From Paramoeba atlantica (taxonomy: Eukaryota > Protista > Discosea), in assembly GCA_977017575.1 (NCBI GenBank), contig CDRNVI010000039.1, positions 1 to 64,000 on the forward strand: a DNA stretch of 64,000 bases. The letters run 5' to 3'. This document shows, piece by piece, positions 1-9,021 of the stretch (positions are counted from its first letter, which is position 1; each line of letters begins with the position of its first letter). A program made the translations under genes and the position numbers. The notes under the pieces are model-generated. The model was given only the letters and a program-made list of their open reading frames with translations. It searched no databases and had not been told where the DNA came from.

Positions 1-264
1 CTTTTCTTGGTCGGATGAACCAGCCACCTTCCAGTGGCAAGATACGTGACTCGCATCACGTACCTATGCCGTATGGGGAGACACCCCATTACAGAGTAGT
101 GCGGGACTTGCTAGGAAGGGCTTTGTCAATTACAAGACGTCCTGTTCCTACCGCTCACCCGCTAAAACTCTACGGCCCCGGAATGTTAGTCCGGGACGGT
201 CCTGGCTGGAGAAGTGAAGGCTTGTACACCTCCACTCCTCCGGAGATGGGGTGGGATTTTCCTT

Positions 265-1154
265 TTTAGGCTCTTCGTTAAACGCGGTGGTTGTTTTCAA
301 CTTAGAAGTCACTAATGCTGCGCGCTTCGCGTTGAAAACTACCTCCGCGTTTAACGAAGAGCCTAAAAAAGAAAATTTAGCCTGGAAAACGGAAAGATTA
401 TAGCCAAAAATAGCCGAATTTCGGGTAAAAATGGGGTCATTTTCGCGTATTTTTGCTGTCAGAGCACTAAATCCGACATTTGCGCGTGGGAAATCACTCG
501 CAGGCATGAATGAAAGCCTACCGAACGTATTGGGTAGAGAATGCGACTCCAACCATACCATTCTTTCGACACAAAAATGCCCCTTTAGGTCCGAAAAATA
601 CTTTTTCACCTTTTTTAGTCAAAAATAGGTCATTTTGGGGGGCGCACCACAGTTCGAAGAAGTGATATCTTGCGAAAACAACTGCGTAGAAAGCTAGTGT
701 AGGTCCCAAACTATCAAAATACAATAGGGGAAACGATTTTGGAATAATATTTTTTTTGTCATTTTTTTCGCCAAGTTGAATTGTTTTTCAAAAAAAAAAT
801 TCCGAAAAAATCCGAACTTGGCGGACCCGTCCTGCGGATACGCGGGGGGGTCACCCCCGGGTAGGGGGGTGGAAAATGCGCGCCAAGACCCCGGCTACCC
901 TTTCTGCGGTTTTTTTTCGAAAACTAATTTTTTCGAAAAAATTTGCTCGACCATGACCCCCCCCCCTGGACCCCCCCCCATGGACCCCCCATTTTTCTCA
1001 ATTTTTTTTTTCAGTTTTGGTCCACCGGAGCCCCCTTTTATATTTTTTTCTTCTATTATATTACTGTGTTCCTCTTTATGTTTTCACTGTTTTTGTTCAC
1101 TTTTTTTTCAATAATCGAGTGTAGAGCGGTAGTTTTACAACCACCGCAATTTCA
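265..1154. mobile_element. ~890-bp non-coding dispersed repeat with hairpin ends (copy 1), possibly a non-autonomous rolling-circle (Helitron2/Helentron-like) element
   Basis: Closely similar copy at 53078-53965. The left end has a 39-bp stem (263-301/331-369, 2 mismatches); the right end has a short hairpin (1126-1147). The motif GCGGTGGTTGT is present as an asymmetric inverted repeat at both ends. No TSD seen; the left boundary lies in a T run. Confidence 0.7.
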
Positions 1155-2581
1155 CTACAGTTACTATCGAAAAGCGTTAATGTAAGGCAAAATTACCACA
1201 TAAGGGTGCACTCAAAAATGGTCAAAAATTACCCTTAATACCCACAGGAAGACCCGTTTCGCTCAATAACGATGCGACAACGCTTGCGGAAACTGCTCAT
1301 CGTGTTAATACATTCTTGCTTGCGTTCTGATTGTAATCTTTCGAACGCTGTCTCAATGGCCGATACTAATTCAGCCCGATTCTTGGGTCGAAGATCATTT
1401 TTGATCCTGTCCATGGTCCCCCAAAGGTTTTCAATGGTGTTTAAATCGGGGGATTTTGCAGGCCAAGAGAGTACATTAATACCTTCGTTGCGAAAGGTTG
1501 TTCGCGCAGAATTATGAACAGGACAATTATCCATTGCAACGACCCCAGATGGGTGGCGCCTCAAATAATTTAAAAGTGCTTTGCGCTTCTTCATGGCGTC
1601 ATTGAAAACATCCCCTGTTACAGTTACTTTTCGGCCGGAAGGGTCGTGGGAGGGAAAAATGTGTAGATGAAATCCATGATTTAAACTGACCCCCATCCAC
1701 ACCATGACGCCGTTCCCTCCATACCAAGGTTCTAGCTCTCCCTGCTGTTCCTTGGCGGGGTCAGTCTTCCGGCAAAGGTAAGTAATTTTGTTTCGTCCCC
1801 TACCGCAAGTGAACTTCTTCTCATCGCAGAAAACAATTTGTCTCAGTTGGGTATCTGACCAAGTGAGCATCTCAGAACAAAAATGCACTCGTTTCCTCTT
1901 GTGTTCATCGGTCAGTGCGGGCTTTCTTTTTAAAGTTCGCATGATCATACCATGGCTCTTCATGGCGTTAACCAAAGTTGGTCTTGAACACTGAAATCCA
2001 AGAGAAAGCACAACTCTATGGAGTGCACACCAGTTCTCAATCCCGTACGGGAGGTCACGGTATCCCTCATCAATGAGGCGGATAGCTGCTTCGTGCAGCG
2101 CAGGGGTACTGACAGGAGATGGGCGTGAAATAGGAGAGCTTTCCACGTCTCCAGTGTTCTCATAGCGTATCACAAGACGTTTTACTGTATTTTCGTGGAC
2201 GCCGAAGTTTTGGGCTGTCCGAGAATAGGACCCTGTCTCAAGATAATCTGAGACAAGAAGCATACGGTGACTTGGTATCACCCGTGCGGGGGAGGAATAG
2301 GACCTGTCGCTGAGTACACCACGTGAGGTTCGGGAACGAATCCGTTTCTGGGGCATATAGTGCTAATATTGACTGAAAAACAGCTAAAAACTGAAAAAAC
2401 GTAAATTTGGGCAAGAAAAAAATCATGATTTTTTTGTCTCATCGTTTCATGTTGAGTCACAGGCCGCAAATAGTGCTAAAACATACAACTCTGTGAGAGC
2501 TCTCGAATGCGCTATTACTTTCCAAAATTGGATAATTTTTACGAATTTTAGACCCCCCCCACCACGAGGTTTTCACCCCTG
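1155..2581 (-). mobile_element. Tc1-like element A with one recognisable terminal repeat
   Basis: 2475-2581 matches the ~110-bp TIR family of 12377-13126 and 14607-16184, ends CCCCTG and is followed by TA (2582-2583). No matching TIR at the other end, which abuts the 265-1154 repeat. Confidence 0.7.
1235..2356 (-). CDS. Tc1/mariner (IS630-Tc1-mariner) transposase, intact, DD32E
   Basis: 373-aa ORF with N-terminal HTH-like region, FCDEKKF (D1), VAMDNCPVH (D2) and WPAKSPDLNTIENLW (E); 32 residues between D2 and E. Confidence 0.95.
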   Translation of the reverse strand: MPQKRIRSRTSRGVLSDRSYSSPARVIPSHRMLLVSDYLETGSYSRTAQNFGVHENTVKRLVIRYENTGDVESSPISRPSPVSTPALHEAAIRLIDEGYRDLPYGIENWCALHRVVLSLGFQCSRPTLVNAMKSHGMIMRTLKRKPALTDEHKRKRVHFCSEMLTWSDTQLRQIVFCDEKKFTCGRGRNKITYLCRKTDPAKEQQGELEPWYGGNGVMVWMGVSLNHGFHLHIFPSHDPSGRKVTVTGDVFNDAMKKRKALLNYLRRHPSGVVAMDNCPVHNSARTTFRNEGINVLSWPAKSPDLNTIENLWGTMDRIKNDLRPKNRAELVSAIETAFERLQSERKQECINTMSSFRKRCRIVIERNGSSCGY

Positions 2582-2680
2582 TATAAAGGTAAGTTGAAAC
2601 CCAGTACACGAACCATGTAGGTCCATTGGGGGGGTATATGATTTTCTTTTTGTTGAGCTGCTAATTTTGCAGCTTAGATC

Positions 2681-3124
2681 TTAGTTATTGCCCATACTTG
2701 GGCCTCTCTTCCATAACTTCGTTCGTTCCAATACTTGCATCTTATTTTCCCTCTTTCGCCTAAGCACAAGAGCCGAATACCTCACGCAAGAAGCGTATTT
2801 TTTCTGAGCTGAAAAGGTTTTAAGGCGCTCGAAGATTAAATTCACCACTTTGGAGTAAGTACCATTCGGATCGTATGACCGTCTCATGGACCTCTGCAAG
2901 GACGTGTGCAAATTGCGCGCGTTATTTTTCCCCAGCGCAGTAACATCAAGAAGAGCAAATGCCTCTAACCGAGCTGAAATAAGATTCGAGCGCTCAAGAT
3001 TAGAGGAGGACGCGTTCTTTACAATGCTACAGCGCTGCTGTAAAAGATTCCACGCCAAACAATAGGAAAATATCTTTGCAATTTCAATGCACGCAACCTC
3101 CATCAGTACAGCCGTCTCAAACAA
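2681..3124 (-). CDS. Unassigned ORF (147 aa), possibly a decayed mobile-element gene
   Basis: Protein-like composition; no recognisable motif; TTG start. Confidence 0.25.
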   Translation of the reverse strand: MFETAVLMEVACIEIAKIFSYCLAWNLLQQRCSIVKNASSSNLERSNLISARLEAFALLDVTALGKNNARNLHTSLQRSMRRSYDPNGTYSKVVNLIFERLKTFSAQKKYASCVRYSALVLRRKRENKMQVLERTKLWKRGPSMGNN

Positions 3125-3228
3125 ATGGGAGCGAGCAACGTTTCCCTCTTGCTGTTATCAAAATCCATTAATGTTCGGCATCGCTATCACATCAGAGTGC
3201 AAAACCCAGACGAATCATTAAAACTTAC

Positions 3229-3732
3229 TCAAAAATTCGACCACGAGGTAGCCAGCGTCGTTCGTACGTGGTTCGGTAATCTTTCCGACAAGAAAATTAA
3301 ATGGACACGCCTTCCACTAAAAAAAGGAGAAAAAACCACATTCCTCATCTGAAGTGTTCGCTTCTCTGCGCCGCTTCTTCTGAAGCCCATCTTGACATCT
3401 TTTAGACCACAAAATCCGGTGGTAAACCTTTCATCCCTCGTCCATCTCTGGTTTACGGGGAGATCTTCTACTTGACGATGCGCCACCGCGGATCGATTTT
3501 TTTCCAAACGAGAAGCACCGTAAACTTCCTCAAGATATTTCGTGATATCAAGAAATTTATTCATACCAACCTCACTTGTATGTTGTACTTTCAGTGCAGC
3601 AAGCAAGTAGTTCCTGTCTCTTTCCCGCTCCAAGACTGTTGCCTCCTTTACTGCAGCATCTGCAAGATCTCTGTGTCTGTCATTTTTTTCTCTTTGGTCC
3701 TTTATGTATTCCTGTAGGTCATCTAGCTTCAC
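3229..3732 (-). CDS. Unassigned ORF (167 aa) with charged, helical N-terminus
   Basis: ATG-initiated, coiled-coil-like first half; no recognisable family. Confidence 0.3.
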   Translation of the reverse strand: MKLDDLQEYIKDQREKNDRHRDLADAAVKEATVLERERDRNYLLAALKVQHTSEVGMNKFLDITKYLEEVYGASRLEKNRSAVAHRQVEDLPVNQRWTRDERFTTGFCGLKDVKMGFRRSGAEKRTLQMRNVVFSPFFSGRRVHLIFLSERLPNHVRTTLATSWSNF

Positions 3733-4538
3733 TTTTCGAAGCGTATTTTACATCACAAATAAAGTGCAGTTCGCCAATTAGCCGGAAAAGCAACATATAA
3801 ATTATGAGGTAATTAACGGGAAACGTTACACACAGGTATTCCTCCATGCGTTTAAGTACGCGTACTTGTCTTTTTTCTAAATAAATAGTAAAGAAAACAA
3901 ACAAATAAGAGGGTTGAAACAGGTGGGTGCGTCCGGGTGCGCCCGGGTGCGGCTGAGTTAGGGGAGTGGTAACTTGGAAAGACCCGTGGAGAGGGTACGG
4001 TGCTAACTCTACGTGCATATTCTATGGCATTTATTTTTAAAATATTTTGCAAATAATTGGGAGAAAATAGTATTGATTTTGACGTTTTTATCTACTTTTC
4101 GAACACTTTCGTACATTTTTCACACTTAACCCTTCACCGTACTTACTCCCCACTTTCCCTTAAGTTAAGGGTTAAGTTAAGTAAGGGTTAAGTTAACCCT
4201 CTCATCCATCCCCTTCCCTACTCCCTACCCTATATCAACTCGTCCGCGCGGGGGCCCATGTGGTCCAGAACCTCCGCACCCACCCCGTTAGCAGTATTAA
4301 ATACGTTTGGTAGCTGTACGAGGGTGGAAGAGTCACTTTACAGGTCAAATGCCCCTGGACAGATAAAATGCCTATGGACAGATAAAATGCCAATGGACAG
4401 ATAAAATGCCACAAATAAAAAAGATCTGCGTCAGTACCATCTGAAAGATGGCAATGCCGGGGAAGAGTGAAGGTTCCAAAGTGAGGTCCCGACCATACTT
4501 CCCCATGTTAGGGCTATCGAAAATTTACATTATATTTA

Positions 4539-5535
4539 CCGTTACCCCCCCCTTACTTCGCCTCCCCCCTTACTTCACCACATTTAGTCGCTGGACGTGT
4601 GGTGAAGTAAGGGGGGTGTCGGATTTTTCTCAGACAACTTACCACCTCTTTACACAGCCGGGGGGGGCGGGGTGCACTGCAACCGACCGTTGCATCGGGG
4701 TAAGGCGAGGCAGAGCCACGCCCAGTGATCTTCAAGGAGGGACACAGATGGCGCACAAACATCGATGAACAAAGGTTCTTGGTGCACACGTCGGTGAAGA
4801 CGACGCCGTCATACCAGGATTTTAAACCACAGTCCGGTTTAACGTTCCGGGGGGAAATGATAACGGTTACAGGAATGCTACGTAGCTGCAGGAATGATAA
4901 CTTTTGAAGATTGTCTTGGGTTTACCGTACGATTCGTCGACGCAACGGGTTGGTAGCAGCGCGTTGTTGCCGCCTTGTACTAACGAAAACAGGTAGAGGA
5001 CTTCGGCCTCGAAACTTCCAAATCTGTCTGTGAAGGGCCTGGCTTGCTAGTGACCGATCGGAGCTATCCGGAATGATTTAGTATGTTGAACCATTTCTAA
5101 TTCAGAACGATTTTCTTCCATGTCAGTTTCATCATCATGTCAGTTTGATCATAAAATTGCGCCACAGTGTTTTGTAGTTCTAAAATTTAAATTGGTGTTC
5201 AATGGGTTATGTTCTGCGACACCATTTAAATTTCACGATGTAAGAAATTTTCATGGGGGGAGAGTTAAAAGCCCATGGGACATTGTAGACAAGCTAAACG
5301 AAATATAAAATATAGAATGTGCAACACGAGGTATTACAACACTCAAGAAAAGGAAATTACGCCCAATGTCGATAGCATAGTGTACTTCAATAATTTGAGG
5401 ATTTTCGAGAGAACTATAAATTGATCGAACTTTGAATCATTTATTCACCCCCCTTACTTCACCACCCCCCTTACTTCACCACAAAGTACGGGTCTTGGGC
5501 CAAAAAGTGGGGGCTAAGTAAGGGGGGGGTAACGG
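4539..5535. mobile_element. MITE, CCGT family, copy 1 (997 bp)
   Basis: Perfect 20-bp TIR CCGTTA(C)8TTACTT; TA at 4537-4538 and 5536-5537; near-identical copy at 17156-18134. Confidence 0.92.
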
Positions 5536-5596
5536 TAGATAAAATCTTTCATGGGGCTATATTTACATAAATATTTTATTGGGAAATAACGATATC

Positions 5597-6003
5597 AACT
5601 GTGAGCGTAGCCCACTTCTGGAGGTAAAAGCCCCCGTTTGCCAGCAAGGCCCTATTCTGAGCGTAGCCCTGGGACAGAATTATTTTTTTTTGGCGACCCG
5701 CGCGCTGAGAACCTATGTCTAGCCCTTCCGCAGGATTGTCCAGATGCTAGGCCCAACTGTGAGGGATGCCTACTTCTGGAGCCAAAAGCCCCTGTTTGCG
5801 AGCAAGGCCCAACTGTGAGCGAAGCCCACTTCTGGAGGCAAAAGCCCCCGTTTTCGAGCAAGGGCCTATTGTGAGCGTAACCCTGGGACAGGATTATATT
5901 TTTTGGCCACCACCGCACTCCAGCGCGTGGGTCGCGCACTGAGATCCTATGTCTACCCCTTCCGCAGAATTGTCCAGAGGCAAGGCCCAACTGTGAGCGA
6001 TGC
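5597..6003. repeat. Nested degenerate direct repeats (~55-bp subunits within a ~215-bp duplicated unit)
   Basis: Recurring AACTGTGAGCG-AGCCCACTTCTGGAG-AAAAGCCCC-GTTT-AGCAAGG motif; larger blocks starting at ~5597 and ~5813 align. Confidence 0.75.
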
Positions 6004-6149
6004 CAAAGGCATTTTATCTGTCCCAAGGCATCGGTCCTGTCCGGCCGCCGGGTGGGAGACATGGAGGAGAAATAATTCAACAAGGTACAATCCTCAGAAT
6101 TATTCTCAGAGTTCAGGAACTCTGAGGATAATTCACTTTGGCGCGTGTC

Positions 6150-6371
6150 CACTTTGCATTTGGCTACGTTGAGCCGTAACCCTAGTATTTTAATCTCCCG
6201 TTGCAGTGCCTCCAGGGCCGCCCCGCACACCTTGGGCTCCCCTGCAAAGGTAACATTATCCAGGTAGGTCCAGACTTTGTGGGTTCCTGGGAATTTAGCA
6301 GCCACTTTGGCTATGGCCCCGTGTATCCCTATGGCGAAGAGGATAGGAGCCATAGGATCCCCTTGCTTAAC
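6150..6371 (-). pseudogene. Non-LTR retrotransposon reverse transcriptase fragment (CRE/SLACS/NeSL-like)
   Basis: VKQGDPMAPILFAIGIH...VWTYLDNVTFAG...ILGLRLNVAKCKV corresponds to RT motifs QGDP, YxDD-like and GLxLNxxK; similarity is lost on both sides. Confidence 0.75.
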
Positions 6372-7697
6372 GAACTGTCGGAGGGGTTTTGGGTTAGATC
6401 CTGCAAAAAAACCGCATGGTGAAGCACACGTACAAATTGACTGAAAAGAAAAGTCATCCCTCTCCGGGAGTAGTACCCCGAACGTGTTCCTTCTGGATCT
6501 CCCGAATTTCGCTAAGTCTTTGCCGTTGGAGATGCACTGGGTCCGGGTGGGTGCGGCTGGGGATGTTTCAACCCTCTAATGCGCTGTAGGGTTATGATTT
6601 ACGTGGTCCACCTCGAACAAGAAGTCGACATCACATGTTGTCTACCTGAAAAACCAAGGGGGGGGGGGTATGCTATTGACCCTGGGTCACGATACCATAC
6701 CCCCCGGTATGGTACCAGGTCACAGGTATGCTAAACCGGACCCCCGTTTCATTGGATGTATCTTTCTTGCTGATGACGTATCAAACGTCATCTGATTACG
6801 TTAGAAACGTATCGGGCTGGACTTCTCATGCTGCAGAGCAGTTCGACATGGTGATGTACCGCAACGCTCGTGTTGTTGTTGCTAGGATGTGACATTGGAT
6901 GTCACATTCTGGTTAGTTACGGGGAATTGGGCTCCCTTCGTTGCCGCTGGTAGGCTTCGGCATTGGATGTCACGTACGGGTTAGTTACAGGGAGTTAGAC
7001 TCGGTCGGATTGAACGAATAATGTACAAATTTTCAGTTTTTTAATTTTTCGCTAAATTTAGAGAAAAGTTAAAATAATATTTTCCCTACGATCATGGTCC
7101 TGTAATTAAAATACTTCTGACCCCAGAACATAATGCCCACAATACACACACAGATCCTCTAAAGCTCACTTCAAAACACTTGCTCCATTCACCCACAAAT
7201 CGGACCATCCTATGACATCAAATTGTGGTACTTTTTTGATATACGTCTGATATAGGTCTATCTGCGTCAGCCCTCTACCTGCTTCAGGTGGGGTTCGCTA
7301 GACCCCAACATCGCCTAATACGGCGATGCCCTTGACCATTTGGTGTGTGTGGATTTCGCCCTAGTCTTTTTCCCGTTTTTCTAGAGCAGTTTTTTCCTTT
7401 TCTGAGTTTTCCAGGGAGTCGAAAGATTTTTTGCGCGCCTGTAGGACAGTACCAATTTCTAACAATAGTTCCATAGTTTAGGTTCGACGTAGAAAAAAAA
7501 GTTCGACGTCGAAATTCGACGTAGTGACTTAGAACATTACAAAATGGGATTTTCCTCAGGGATTTACATGTGTTCGGAAAGGCAAAAATCGGTCGAGAGG
7601 GGGGATAAGGGTATATATTTTGCGTAGAAACTTGCATTTTGCATGTTCCCGCTATTATTTGATGTCATAGACAAACAATTATTGACAATTAAATATT

Positions 7698-8101
7698 CTA
7701 GTAGGTGAAAGGGGACTTTTTTCCTCCTAAAAAAACTTAAATTTTTTCATGGTGGTTTCTCAAACAAAATTTCAGTATTATCCAAGCGAGTGATTAAACA
7801 TCGTATTTTTGCTACTTACACGACTCCGCTCTATCATTTTTCTTTGCACAGTCTGTAAAATGTATGACGGTATCACTTTTTGTAGTTGGGAACCTTGGAT
7901 GACGTGATGATAGAAGCCTGTACCGTACGGTGTGAATTGAGGAGTTCTTGTAATCCGCTGTTTAAGGAATTTGAAATTATTGTCCAGGCTCAGAACCGGA
8001 ACCAAGGTAGAGCTCATAAATTTTCTTGTTTGGTATATTTTATTAAGGAAAGTACGAAGATAAAAGTTTTTGGGGGAAAAAAGTCCCTTTTGACCTTCTA
8101 G
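7698..8101. mobile_element. MITE (~400 bp) with ~38-bp imperfect TIRs and CTAG at both ends
   Basis: CTAGTAGGTGAAAGGGGACTTTTTTCC... matches the reverse complement CTAGAAGGTCAAAAGGGACTTTTTTCC...; TATT flanks both sides. Confidence 0.75.
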
Positions 8102-8121
8102 TATTATATTCGTCTTCCTGT

Positions 8122-8202
8122 GCTATTAAGATACAGTTAAGATACAGTGTTAAGACAGTGTTAAGATACAGTTTCTGTACCTTGTTGGTACATTTTCGCT
8201 AG
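8122..8202 (+). ncRNA. Spliced-leader (mini-exon) RNA-like relic with internal tandem duplications
   Basis: GCTATTAAGATACAG...GATACAGTTTCTGTACCTTGTTG|GTAC matches the kinetoplastid SL core CAGTTTCTGTAC-n7-GTA. The first ~7 nt of a canonical SL are absent; TTAAGATACAG occurs 4 times (one copy with a 2-nt deletion). Confidence 0.65.
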
Positions 8203-8527
8203 CACTAGAAGCAATGGAATGCTCTTCGCTTACCTCGCTGGAGGAAGTAGAATCTATTTCATCAGTAAGAGACTCTCCGTCGGAAGAAAAGGCCAAAGCA
8301 TCGTCAGGCGGAACAACACAAGTACCAAATTCACTCTTTTCTACGCGAAAATGTTCGAGTTGAAGAAGAAAAAGGTTTTCCGAACAATCTGGAATATGAA
8401 TGTCCTGCGAAGCGGTGATCGACGACATGCAGGAGTAAACTAAAAAAACTGCTCAAAAATCGCCGATGAAATTAAAAAAAATGACAATAATAACGTGATT
8501 TGGCAATAAGTCCAGATTTTGCGGCCA

Positions 8528-8742
8528 CTTAGAGGGGTGACTCTGGGTGGGAGCGCCTAGGATATCTTTTGTCAAATTTTTCTTCTTTAGTTTCTTAATA
8601 TTTTTTGCTTCAATCGGAAGATACAGAAATCATGTTACGGGAATTGTTATTCTGCAGAGCCCAAACGAGGGTTTCAGCATGTAATACACGTTAATAATAC
8701 ATTGTGCTTAGAGGGGTGACTCTGGGTGGGAGCGCCTAGGAT
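8528..8742. repeat. 36-bp perfect direct repeat, two copies (8528-8563, 8707-8742)
   Basis: CTTAGAGGGGTGACTCTGGGTGGGAGCGCCTAGGAT read at both positions. Confidence 0.85.
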
Positions 8743-9021
8743 CCCGCCTAGGATTTTTTTCAACTTTTTTTCCGTCAAAATTCCGAACTCGGCGGACCTT
8801 CGTTAAACGCGTACAACTCTTCGCCCCAATTAGAAACAGTTCCAAAAAGAAATGTGCATTATCCGTTCCATCCCTCCCTTTTTTGGAGCCTTTCGAAATT
8901 TTAATAATTTCAAAAATATTTAGAAATATCAAACAGAAAAGGTGTTTCGTCTTTGCTGCATTCTTGTTTGTCTTAGTCTTCGCGTTGTTCGGTACCTTTT
9001 TACATCTTTTCGTTGCTTTCA

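Larger units (their letters stand above)
4341..6039. mobile_element. Degenerate TIR element hosting the 4539-5535 MITE
   Basis: Left end TA|CAGGTCAAATGCC followed by three GGACAGATAAAATGCC repeats; the reverse complement GGCATTTTATCTGTCC lies at ~6008-6023, ending CCTG at 6039 (right flank TC, not TA). Confidence 0.5.

Noticed and set aside
148-1185. ORFs shared between the two copies of the 890-bp repeat
   Set aside because: Lengths and stops differ between copies and there are no domains; conservation reflects DNA identity only.
4145-4200. Telomere-like TAAGGGTTAAGTTAA repeats
   Set aside because: Only two imperfect units and not TTAGGG arrays; likely internal element repeats.
6880-7000. 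Imperfect CATTGGATGTCAC...GGTTAGTTAC duplication
   Set aside because: Two degenerate copies with no interpretable context.
8528-8742. CRISPR-like reading of the 36-bp direct repeat
   Set aside because: Only two copies, a 143-bp spacer, no cas genes and a eukaryotic context.
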